A DNA stretch of 64,000 nucleotides, from positions 135,346,001-135,410,000 of the forward strand of contig OX597819.1 of assembly GCA_951406725.2 (NCBI GenBank). The letters run 5' to 3'. The notes below the pieces were generated by a model, which did no database searches, was not told the DNA's origin, and saw only the letters and a list, made by a program, of their open reading frames with translations. Both the position numbers and the translations under genes were made by a program. Positions 29,186-40,670 of this stretch are shown piece after piece. The stretch's first letter is position 1; each line of letters begins with the position of its first letter. Origin of the DNA: Octopus vulgaris. Its lineage: Eukaryota.

Positions 29186-29464
29186 TGCGTGTGTGTATGT
29201 ATGCATATATGTATGTATGCATGTATATGTGTATGTATATATATGTGTGTAAGTGTGTGCATATATGTATTTGTAAGTATGTGTGCGCGTATGAGTATGT
29301 ATGTATGCTTGCACACGTGTATATATATATGTGTGTGTGTGTATTTATATGGATGCGCGTGCGTGTGTGCACGTGTATGGGTACGCATGTATATGTGTAT
29401 GTGCGTGTATGCGTATACGTGTATGTATGTATGTGTGTGCGTAGATTTGTATATGTATGTGTGA

Positions 29465-29501
<37 letters not shown>

Positions 29502-29695
29502 TATAGATGGGTGTGTGTATGCGTATAAATGCATGTAAGTATGGATGTATAGATGTATGTATGTATGTATACGTATGTATGTGTGTATGTGTGTATGTAT
29601 ATATATGTGTGTGTATATATGTTTGTGTATGTATATATATGTGTATGTATGTGTGTGTATGTGTATGTGTGTATGTGTAGGTATGTGTATATATG

Positions 29696-29757
<62 letters not shown>

Positions 29758-30216
29758 TATGTATCTGTATGTAGGAGTATATATGTGTGTGTGTGTATGT
29801 ATATGCGGGTATATATATATATATATATATATGTATATTTATTGGTGTATATGTATAGACTAGCCTCCTAAAGTGTAGACACGAATCTGTAGGTACGAGT
29901 ACGTATGTGTATATACGTGAACGTATGTAGATGTTTGTATGTATGAATATAACGCGTGCGTACGTGTATGTGTATGAGTGTACGAATGGGTGAATGTACG
30001 TGCTAATGAGTGTGCGTGCGGGAATGAGTACTTGCCTTCTAGTAGACAGACAAACGGACAAGCAGCTATTGCCAGGATTCTTAGCCCTAGCGATCAAAGA
30101 TAACAAAAGTAATAAATGAAGATAATAAAATTAAAATTAGGGAATGGGCCTGTATTGGATTGTATATATATATATGTATATGTATATTTGTATGTATGTA
30201 TGTGTGTATGTGTAGG

Positions 30217-30277
<61 letters not shown>

Positions 30278-30664
30278 AGATATATGTGTATGTGCGTATG
30301 TGTGTGTAGATACGTATACATGTGTGTATAGGTATAAGTGAGAATCTCTTTATTTACCTATAACTCTATCCCCCCTTTTTTTATACATATATTTTATATA
30401 TATATTTATATATATATTTTTTTATATATTTTTTTATATATATTTTTTATATTTTTTATATTTTTTATATTTTTTATATATTTTTTATATTTTTTATTTT
30501 TATTCTTTTATTTTATCCTTTTATTTTTTTATTTTTTATTTTTTTATTTTTTTATTACCTTGACCACTCCCCCAAGTATGATATTTTGCGCTATGCCTAC
30601 CCCCAAAAAGTCCCCCACCACCACTCCTCTAAATGTATAAATGCTAATACAATTCTTGTTAAAT

Positions 30665-30715
30665 AGCTTCCTGAAGATTTCTCTTGAATGAAACAGTACT
30701 AGTCCTGTAGAAGCT
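30665..30715 (+). ncRNA. Type I hammerhead ribozyme motif
   Basis: agcttc-CTGAAGA-tttc(tctt)gaat-GAAA-cag(tactagtc)ctg-TA-gaagct. Stem I 6 bp, stem III 3 bp, stem II weak. Confidence 0.7.
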
Positions 30716-30796
30716 CCTTCTATATAATAAATTAATTTTACTCTGCTATGTATTGAGTACCTTACTTACTGTGGTTAACCCCGTATCAACCCGGGA

Positions 30797-30829
<33 letters not shown>

Positions 30830-30833
<4 letters not shown>

Positions 30834-33800
30834 ATTGATTGATTGATTGATTCTAGTTTCAGCTTATGAGCTGTGGCCATGCTGGGGCACCGCCATTTGG
30901 TGTTGCTACTTGGTTTCACTTCATGGAGGCTTTCTAGCAACTGCTATTTGGTGCATGAGAGAGTTCGATGCAACTGCCCTCATCTGCCCCTCCTGCCGTG
31001 AAGTTGGTTCATCTGGGACACCTGACAGGAAGAGATCCAGCTTCATTTTAAAGACATCTGTATCCACCCCATGCAGGTCTCTCAGGTTCTTCGGGAGGAT
31101 ATTGAAGAGCTGTGGGCCTCGGAAGCCCAGGCTATCACAGAATCTTGTCCTACATCTTGATGGCAGGTTTGGAGTCCTAGGCACCACGCAGTGGCGCCCA
31201 GTTCTGGCATTTGCGTAACTCTCGATGCCAAAGTTCAGGACACTTCCCTCCAGGATCTTCCAGATGTATATTATGGCATATCTTTCCCGCCTACGCTCCA
31301 GGGAATATAATTTTAATCTCTTGAGTCTTTCCCAGTAGCTTACATTCTGCATAGAGGCTATCTTCTTTGTGTAGCTTCGTTGGATCGCCTCAAGTTCTGT
31401 GATCAACTTGACACTGGATGGTGACCATAGCTGAGAGCAATAGTCAAAGTGGCTTAGGACAAGTGTCTTCCAGAGGACCATCATGGTTTCTTGTTCTCTT
31501 GTTCTAAAGGTTCTAAGAATCCATCCAGCCAGCCGTCTACATTTCATTGTCAGTTTAGCAACATGTACATGAAAGGTCGCGTCATCACTCATGTGAATAC
31601 CCAGGTCACGCACTGATTGTGCCTCTGGGATTGCAATCCCTCCGGGTCCAGTGTATTCATTGGGTATTGCATTCAGTTTTGCATGCTGATAGTATAAAGC
31701 TTGAAACTTTCCAGCATTGAACTGCATGCTATTCTTTTCAGCCCACTTGTATATTTCGTCCAGCTTACATTGCAGGTGTTTAGTGTCCTCAGGGTTCTGT
31801 ATTGCCTGTGAAACTTTTGTATCATCTGCATAACTTGTGATCGTGGCTCTCTGCGTGGCTGAGGGAATGTCTGAGAGGGCCATTATGAACAGTAGTGGTC
31901 CCAGAACAGTGCCCTGCGGAACACCGCTCACTATTTGTGTGTTAATGGAGGTGGCCCCATTGGCTACTACCACCTGACTTCTGTCCTTCAGAAAGTCATG
32001 AAGCCATTCTCCCAGTTTTCCAACTATGTTGAGATCACGCAGTTTGTGACATATCATTCCATGATCGACTTTATCAAAGGCCTTTGCAAAGTCGAGATAT
32101 ATCACTTACACATTTGAGTGGTTGAGCAGCCGTTTCAACACCCAGTCATAGTGTTGTAGGAGCTGAGTTAAACAGCTTCTCCCTGGTCGGAAACCATGTT
32201 GGGTGTCGGGCAGCAAGTCATTCTCTTCAAGGAAGGTGATCAGCTTCCTTCTGACTATTCGTTCCATGACCTTGCTGATGTGTGAGGTCAGAGAGATAGG
32301 TCTATAGTTCTTGGCTTCCGCTCTGCTACCTCCTTTATGAATGGGGCATATTTTACCTTCCTTCAGTTTTCCTGGAAGTTTGCCAGCTGCAAGGAAGCTC
32401 TGAAAGAGGAACTGCAGTGGTCTTGCTAGGACTCTCTTACATACTTTTAGGAGGATTGCCGGGAATCCATCGGGGCCAGTAGCTGAGTCTGTTTTCATTT
32501 CATCTATAGCCTTGGTTACATCGTCTTCCTTTATATCGATGTAATCTATCGTCGCCGCCTCTGATTTTATATCTGCAGTGGTAAAAAAGTCAGTTGGATT
32601 GGTGATTTGGAGATGCCCAAGGGGTGGAGTGAAAACACTTTTGAATTGCTCATTCAGTATTTCACTTACCCTCATTGGTTTTCCTGTAAGTGTGCCATCC
32701 TTTTCGAGGAGTGGCCCTATTCTACAGTGCACTGTAGCTGTTTCTTTGGCATACCTGTAGAAAGCTCTGGGGTTAGATTTTATGTTTTCTATAGCCCAGG
32801 CTTCTTTGTCTGCTCTTTCTTTTTCATGGGAGAGTTGCAGACATTTTTCGATTTCCAACAGTTTTATTTTTAGGCGGGACTTTTCACTGCTTTCAATCTG
32901 TTTGTTTAGGCGATTTGAAAATTTTGTACGCCGTCTCATTAAAATTTTCCTCTCTCTGGGGATTTTGTTCTTGTGTACAGTGGCCTTTCTCTCTGGGACA
33001 CAATTGTAGCATATGGCTTGCATTACAGACATGAATTGTTGAAGTTTCACGTCGATGTCTGGCGAGGAGAGACATTTAGGCCAGTTTTGTTTGAGGATCT
33101 CTTTCTCGATTTGTTTCCAGTTTGCCTTATGGTAGTTTAAGCTGGAAAGATTTTGAGGGTTTCTTGTAGGCTGCATGTCCGTGCTCTCTTTTGGCCCGTA
33201 CATGGTCAGCTCTATCATGTTGTGATCCGAGAGTAGTGTCGGTGTCACTTTCACATTATGGATGAGATCCATGTCATTTGTGAAGCAGAGATCCAGTGTG
33301 TTACCTGCCCTGGTTGGTTGGAGTATTACCTGCTCCATGTACAGGGTGTTGATGAGGTTCAGGAGGGACCTCGCCTGTCCTCGTTCACATCTTGTCATTC
33401 CTGGGAGAGAAAGGCCCTCGGGCCATCTGACATTGGGCAGATTGAAGTCTCCCATAAGAAGTACACTTATGTGTTGTTCTAATGTGGTTAGAATTTCTTC
33501 TATTTTTATAAGGCAGTCTTCAAACTTGCCCACATGGCTTGGGGCATCTGGAGGGCGATATGTAGCACACACAACTACATCAAGTTGCCTAATATGTACA
33601 ATTAGTGTGTCACACACCGAGTTTGAGTATGACAAGAGGACCTGGGGTGTGAGGTCCTCACGGATGTACATAGCAACACCTCCATGACTCCTTTCTTTCC
33701 TGTCGGTCCGTAGTACAGCATACTGTGGTATGTGTAACTCCGCATCTGCTATGTCCGGTTTCAGGTGCGTTTCTGTAAGTGCTATGCATATGGCTTGATT

Positions 33801-33875
33801 GCATGTAACAAAGTCTCTCAGGAACTGGATCTTTGTCCTGTTACTGAGTGTTTGCAGTCCTCTGATGTTCAGTAG

Positions 33876-33880
<5 letters not shown>
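30830..33880 (-). mobile_element. CR1-group LINE, truncated at the start of the endonuclease, with intact 3' end and (ATCA)n tail
   Basis: LLNIRGL..ALTETHL..MGDFNLP..LSDHN (APE); NYRPISLTS, YLDFAKAFDKVDH, GVPQGTVLGPLLF, YADDTK (RT). Confidence 0.93.
30921..33880 (-). pseudogene. LINE ORF2 (EN-RT) with a single in-frame TAA at 32106
   Basis: ORFs 33671-32106 and 32105-30921 are contiguous and in frame; YADD is intact. Confidence 0.9.
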
Positions 33881-33911
<31 letters not shown>

Positions 33912-33923
33912 CTATATATATAT

Positions 33924-34928
33924 TGTTACGGGGGGGACCTCCGATTCGTACGAACGAAAGCTGTTACGGAATCCCTCACACAGGAGAGGAGAGAGAGATA
34001 CAACAACAACTACAGCCGCCGCAAGAAGAAGACATAGAGGCAACCGAGAGAGACACAAAGGGGCAAGGCACTTGGCTACGTTTAACAACTACTTTATGAC
34101 AATCAATTGTTACAACATCAAATACATATCAGATACATTTAAAAGAGGACATGCAAGTAACAACTCAATACATCATACAGGTATACCACAGATCAAAGCA
34201 TTTAAACATGCAGATACAATATAACCGTCCGGTAACAACACATCAAGTTCAATAACAACAGCATTTCAAGAGTACACGTCCGGAGACACAGTTCTGTTTC
34301 AAAACACATTAAAGGCATATACAATGTTCATTACACAGTTCTCTTTTTAACAACTCTGTACACAATGTCTTTACACATTTCAATACATCGATTCTTTTCA
34401 CTGTCTCATTTCTTTAGCACTGTTCTTTTCGTTAACATAATGTCTTTATACATTTCTTTTCAACATTTCGATACATCGATTCTTTTTTCCTTCTTTTTCT
34501 TCACATATCATTACACAATTCACGTACCTTAATTCCTACTAGAATAGCCAGTGTCCCATATTGCACCTCATCTCTCTCAGTACCGCTAACTCCAACTTGC
34601 CAAACTCTTGCCCCGAATCCCAAATCCTCGCTCCTAAGTCCAACCTCTCGCTTTGACGACCAAATACCGACTGCCAAAAACCTCTTGCTCTGTCACCACC
34701 CCCAATCTGTCTTAGCACTGCTAATACTCTCTCTATCTGCTCTCAGATTCCTTAATCTGTCTTCCTCACTACTTTCTTCTTCCTCTTCTTCAGTGTCTCT
34801 CACACACTGAACTGCTTACTTAAGGGGGCAGCCCTCCCAATGAACCCTAATTCACCCGAAGGGGTCGGGGAGTCTCCAAGCCAGCAAAGTAGGTCAAGAA
34901 ATACTGCACCAGCCGAACCATTCACAAC

Positions 34929-34929
<1 letters not shown>
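33924..34929. mobile_element. Probable solo LTR (~1.0 kb)
   Basis: Unique non-coding block bounded by TGTT...AACA and embedded in (TA)n. No clean target-site duplication visible. Confidence 0.5.
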
Positions 34930-34997
<68 letters not shown>

Positions 34998-35127
34998 TAT
35001 ATATATATATATACATATGTATGTATATAAAGTTAATCCAAACAAGAAAGCACAAAAAACACAACAACGCAAGGACGTGGAACGAATATAGTATTATTGG
35101 ACGCTCAGGAAACAAGGAAAGAAGGAG

Positions 35128-35164
35128 GGTTTAACATTTCGAGCGGAGCTCTTCGTCGGAAACA
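35128..35164 (-). ncRNA. Minimal hammerhead-like motif within a ~190-bp insert (35030-35220)
   Basis: rc: gttt-CCGACGA-a-gagc(tcc)gctc-GAAA-tgt-TA-aac. Variant core and degenerate stem III. Confidence 0.5.
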
Positions 35165-35484
35165 AAAGAGAAGGGAAGACAGAGGAAAAAAATCGCCAAT
35201 GGTACACACGCGGTCAAATTTTATATATATATATATATACATATGTGTGTGTGTGTGTTCACATATATACACATATACAGGAATATAAAGGAAAATAAAT
35301 TGGGAAATTCCTGTATGTTATATTTTAATAATTACTGATATTTATGTATATCTTATATGTAAAGCATAATGTTATATATGTATGTATATTCTTGTAATTG
35401 TCAGTTTAGTAAATAAATAAATTGACATAATATAATGTGTAAAAGTTGTTGACCCACTTATTGATCCCCTCCGTTTTCTTATTG

Positions 35485-35522
<38 letters not shown>

Positions 35523-35539
35523 TATATATATATATATAT

Positions 35540-36040
35540 ATCATCATCATCGTTCAACGTCCGTTTTCCATGTTAGCATGGATTGGAGGGTTCGACCAGG
35601 GATCTGGGAAGCCAGAAGGCTGCACCAGTCTCCAGTCTGATCTAGCAGTGTTTCTACAGCTGGATGCCCTTCCTAACGCCAACCACTCCGTGAGTGTAGT
35701 GGGTGCTTTTTACGTGCCACCTGCACAGGTGCCAGGCGAGGCTGGCAACGGTCACGATTCGGACGGTGCTTTTTACGTGCCACCGGCACGGAAGTCAGTC
35801 TAGGCAGCGTTGGCATCGGCCACATTCAGACGGTCCTTTTTACGTGCCACCGGCACAGGGATCACAATTGCATTTTCCATTGATTTTGATATTGGCGTAC
35901 TTGACACAATGGATCTCCTCAAGCACAGGGTCGAAATGGTGTTTCTTCACTTGCCACCTGCTCAGGAGTCAGTCCAGCGGTCCTGGCAACTGCCGGGTGC
36001 CAGCCATAGGATTGGTTCAATTTCGATTCCGATTTAACTT
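35540..36040 (-). mobile_element. RTE-related non-coding repeat with (GAT)n tail; other copies at ~3745-3900, 38885-39176, 44385-44740, 53640-53838, 54748-55140 and 59077-59385
   Basis: Shared core TTGGCGTTAGGAAGGGCATCCAGCTGTAGAAAC...GCATGGAAAACGGACGTT. The 44.2-kb copy is preceded by the RTE-like C-terminus LGLTEEMTRDRDLWKYAV. Confidence 0.8.
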
Positions 36041-36041
36041 G

Positions 36042-36098
<57 letters not shown>

Positions 36099-36600
36099 AA
36101 AGAAATCAACAGAAAGAGAAGAAAAGAACTGATACACAAAAAAAAGATTCAAAGAAAACTAGAGAGAGTGGGAAGAGGGAGAGAAGAGAGAGAATTGGGG
36201 ACACAAAAAATAGAGTTAACAATTATTAACTATCACAACAGCAGGTTATGAAGTATTTCGTGAAATTTCGACAGCTAGATGTTTGTTCTCAAGATAAGGT
36301 TTGTTTTTCTTTACCTTGAAAGTACAGCCTAGTCTTCTGGAGAACATTATTTCCAATATATTTACAGGCAAAAGTCTGGTAAAATTCTAAGAAATATAAG
36401 TTTGTAATTTTATAAAAAACATTACTTCAAACATAGGCGCAGGAGTGGCTGTGTGGTAAGTAGCTTGTTTACCAGCCACATGGTTCCGGGTTCAGTCCCA
36501 CTGCGTGGCACCTTGGGCAAGTGTCTTCTACTATACCCTCGGGCCGACCAAAGCCTTGTGAGTGGATTTGATAGACGGAACCTGAAAGAAGCCCGTCGTA

Positions 36601-36637
<37 letters not shown>

Positions 36638-36642
<5 letters not shown>

Positions 36643-37262
36643 AATTAGTAAATAAATGGCACAACTAAGTACCGATATTTACTGGAAATAGCGAACGTAA
36701 AAATACGACGCTAATGTGTAGCTTCACCGCGTATGTATTAGCAAAAATGCGTGTGTGCAACAAATTAGAGAAAAAACCCGTCTTACCTCCAGGGAGAACA
36801 TCTGAAAGATGAAACACCCGGAAAAGGATAATGTGGTACCTGCAGGTTTCAGGTTTTACAAGATATGTCTCTCACCCATATTTTGTTTTACCTTCATCAG
36901 CCAAACATATACCAAGACGAAATCTACGATGTTACCACATTAATACTAACACACTCGACTGAAATGCGGAACGCTAACAGTACGAGAAACGGCGAAGAAG
37001 TTTCAAATATCAGTAATGCAATACAAAGTATTGCCTTCCAGTAAAAAGTAGCTCGTGAGGGAAAAATACACAAATTAGTAAATAAATGGCACAACTAAGT
37101 ACCGATATTTACTGGAAATAGCGAACGTAAAAATACGACGCTAATGTGTAGCTTCACCGCGTATGTATTAGCAAAAATGCGTGTGTGCAACAAATTAGAG
37201 AAAAAAACCGTCTTACCTCCAGGGAGAACATCTGAAAGATGAAACACCCGGAAAAGGATAAT
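36638..37262 (-). mobile_element. Retrozyme/pLTR-like 1.5-mer, 430-bp period
   Basis: 36638-36832 is repeated almost exactly at 37068-37262; a hammerhead abuts the repeat; no ORF. Confidence 0.8.
36831..36908 (-). ncRNA. Type I hammerhead ribozyme
   Basis: rc: atgtttgg-CTGATGA-aggt..(acaaaatatg/catatcttgt extension)..acct-GAAA-cctgcagg-TA-ccacat. Canonical core with palindromic stem III. Confidence 0.85.
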
Positions 37263-37732
37263 ATATATATTCGTGTGTGTGTTTGTGTGTCTGTGTTTGT
37301 CCCCCTAGCATTGCTTGACAACCGATGGTGGTGTGTTTATGTCCCCGTTACTTAGCGGTTTGGCTAAAGAGACCGATAGAATAAGTACTGGGCTTACAAA
37401 AGAATAAGTCCCGGGGTCGAGTTGCTCGATTAAAGGCGGTGCTCCAGCATGGCCGCAGTCAAATGACTGAAACAAGTAAAAGAGTAAAAGAGAGAGATAT
37501 GTATGTATATTGTCCATTTGCACGTATTATATTGTGTATGTGTGTATGTGAGAGTGTTTATCAGTGTATGCTTCTGTGTATACTGTGCCTAGTATATGCA
37601 TGATCAAGTACTTTAGATTCAGATGAATATGGTACTTAAGTTAAAGGCACCAGAATTTGGTATGGTACTATCCATATAAATCAAATGGGGTGATTATAAT
37701 CAAAATAAGCAACAAGGATATCCAAAGTTAGT

Positions 37733-37817
37733 GTAGTACAATCGTTTCATGCTACTTCATTTAATTAATCAATGTAAGAATCACATCAGTTTTAAAATGT
37801 AGAGTGCTCTTCAGCCA
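37733..37817 (-). ncRNA. Degenerate hammerhead-like motif
   Basis: rc: tgg-CTGAAGA-(long, poorly paired stem II)-GAAA-cgattg-TA-cta. Confidence 0.35.
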
Positions 37818-38352
37818 TATATGGAATTTTTAAAATTAAATTGATAATGTTCATTTTTATACTTATTCCATTTGCCAACAGACACAACGAGTGTAGGTAT
37901 ATAGACAGAGATACCGAAGATTTAATCCCACTGCATAACTTCTAGGACAAGTGTCTTCTTCCATAATCTTGCATCAACCTAATCATTATGTGTCCAATTA
38001 GGTGAACAGAAATTCTATGAGGGCTCATAGGATGTACCTCATTGGTATTTCCAAAGCCAACTTTATTATACCAGTTGCCATGCTGATTTTGTCTGAGAAT
38101 AAGATTAAGAATACGTGTCTCTGTAGAATACTAAGCCACTTGTGTGTGAATACATCGTTTTTGTTTTTGGTTTTCAAGATTCTTTATGTGAATTCGTGTG
38201 TTGAAGCATATTTTGTTGTGTCTGGGGAGAGTCATTCTCTTTTGGGTGCCTTATTACTTAACACACTCACCGGTTCGATTTCCACTCATTTATTTATTTA
38301 TTTAATTATGTATTACTTTTGACAGATATTTGTCCTCATCTTGTTCGTTGTT

Positions 38353-38398
38353 AACACAACTTTTCGGCTGGTATACCCTCCAGGCTTCATCAGGTGTC
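38353..38398 (-). ncRNA. Hammerhead motif of the tRNA-headed family seen at 58.2-58.7 kb
   Basis: rc: gacac-CTGATGA-agcctgg(agggtata)ccagcc-GAAA-agtt-gtgtt; flanks match 58350-58460. Confidence 0.65.
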
Positions 38399-38657
38399 TT
38401 GAGGAAATTTCGAACCTGGGTTTTCATTCCTAAGGTATTTTTCAATACTCTTGTTCTTCTTTTACTCTTTTACTTGTGTCAGTCATTTGACTGCAGCTAT
38501 GATGGAGCACCGCCTTTAATCGAGCAACTCGACCCCGGGACTTATTCTTTGTAAGCCCAGTACTTATTCTATCGGTCTCTTTTCCCGAACCTCTAAGTTA
38601 CGGGGCCGTAAACACACCAGCATCGGTTGTCAAGTGATGTAGGGGGGAGAAACACAG

Positions 38658-38774
<117 letters not shown>

Positions 38775-38775
38775 A

Positions 38776-38820
<45 letters not shown>

Positions 38821-38839
38821 CATTAGTATTATTATTAAA

Positions 38840-38884
<45 letters not shown>

Positions 38885-39474
38885 AAAAGCACCGTCCGAA
38901 TCGTGGCCGATGCCAGCGCCGCCTTGACTGGCTTCCGTGCCAATGGCACATAAGCACCGAGCAATAGTGGCCGTTGAAAGCCTCGCTTGGCACCTGCGGC
39001 ACGTAAGAAGCACCCGCTACACTCACTGAGTTGTTGGTGTTAGGAAGGGCATCGAGCTGTAGAAACACTGCGAAGTCAGACTAGAGCCTGGTGCAGCCTC
39101 TTGGCTTCCCAGACACCGGTCGAACCGTCCAACCCATACTAGCATGGAAAACGGACGTTAAACAATGATGATGATGTTATATATATATATGAATAAATAA
39201 AAGATTGCATGTTGCACCCTTTATTCCTTTGGAATGAAACTATGTTGTCTTCGAAACATATGTCGAGAGTAAAGGAATTTTGCTAACATCTTCGTTCGAC
39301 TCCATTCTTTTATTTATTCATATATAACACAAATTTCTGTACATGAACCCGGACTTTCTACCCTTGGACAGGTCGCTTCAATCATGTTTCTGACGTGAAT
39401 TTGCTACCCTGGTATCGGTTCATCGAATTTTCCATGCTGATGGTAAACATAGGATAATTCATTCACCTATAGGA

Positions 39475-39562
<88 letters not shown>

Positions 39563-39565
<3 letters not shown>

Positions 39566-39721
39566 GAGTGGCTGTGTGGTAAGTAGCTTGTTTACCAACC
39601 ACATGGTTCTGGGGTCAGTCCCACTGCGTGGTAGCTTCGGCAAGTGTCTTCTACTATAGCTTCGGGCCGACCAAAGCCTAGTGAATGGATTTGGTAGACG
39701 GAAACTGAAAGAAGCCCGTCG
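39563..39721 (+). mobile_element. tRNA-derived SINE 5' half
   Basis: Same family as 36436. Confidence 0.9.
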
Positions 39722-40017
39722 TATATATGTATATATATATATCTCAATTTTCACTCATTAAATTCCTGAAATTTCTATAACCATATTAATCTAAAGAAAC
39801 TTGTCCCTTTTCATATCTTAGATAAACTTTTTAGGTCACTTTTAGAAAAGCAGGACGTGTGAGTACATATCCATCAGTTTATCTATCTAGCTAGTTAAAC
39901 ATACACGCATAGATACATACATACATATATATTTATACATATACACACATATATGTATGTTTGTATGTATGTACATATGTCCTATGTGTACGTTTTGTAG
40001 CATTTAATGTATTTTTC

Positions 40018-40082
<65 letters not shown>

Positions 40083-40096
40083 TATATATGTATATA

Positions 40097-40472
40097 GGTG
40101 CAGGAGTGGTTGTGCGGTAAGTAGCTTCTATGAACCACATGGTTCCGGGTTCAGTCCCACTGCATGGCACCTTGGGCAAGTGTCTTCTACTATAGCCTCA
40201 GGCCGACCAAAGCCTTGTGAGTGGATTTGGTAGACGGAAACTGAAAGAAGCTTGTCGTATATATGTATGCGTGTGTGTGTGTCCAGTATCGCTTGACAAC
40301 CGATGGTGGTGTGTCTATGTCCTCGTAACCTAGCACTTTGGCAAAAGAGATCAATAGAATAGGTACTAGGCTTACAAAGAATAAGTCCTGGGGTCGATTT
40401 ACTCGACTAAAAGCGGTGTTCCAGTCAAAATGGCCACAGTCAAAATGACTGAAACAAGTAAAGGAGTAAAAG
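40097..40472 (+). mobile_element. Full-length tRNA-derived SINE
   Basis: A/B-box-like head, central microsatellite, and 3' tail ...ATGGCCACAGTCAAAATGACTGAAACAAGTAAA. Confidence 0.9.
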
Positions 40473-40474
40473 AC

Positions 40475-40514
<40 letters not shown>

Positions 40515-40591
40515 TTCAGCAAATGTATATACCTACAAATATACACACACTAGCATGCATTTAGATAGATAGATAGATAGATAGATAGATA

Positions 40592-40666
<75 letters not shown>

Positions 40667-40670
<4 letters not shown>

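Larger units (their letters stand above)
25923..30732. repeat. Large inverted repeat: arms 25923-28048 and 28594-30732, ~545-bp spacer; probably the inverted non-coding pLTR of a Penelope-like element
   Basis: Arms are near-perfect reverse complements, and identical ORFs appear on opposite strands (26536+ / 30106-). A hammerhead motif lies at each outer end. Confidence 0.93.
36436..37490 (+). mobile_element. tRNA-derived SINE split at its central (TA)n by a hammerhead-bearing insert
   Basis: 5' half at 36436-36598 and 3' half at ~37270-37490; compare the uninterrupted copy at 40097-40472. Confidence 0.85.
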
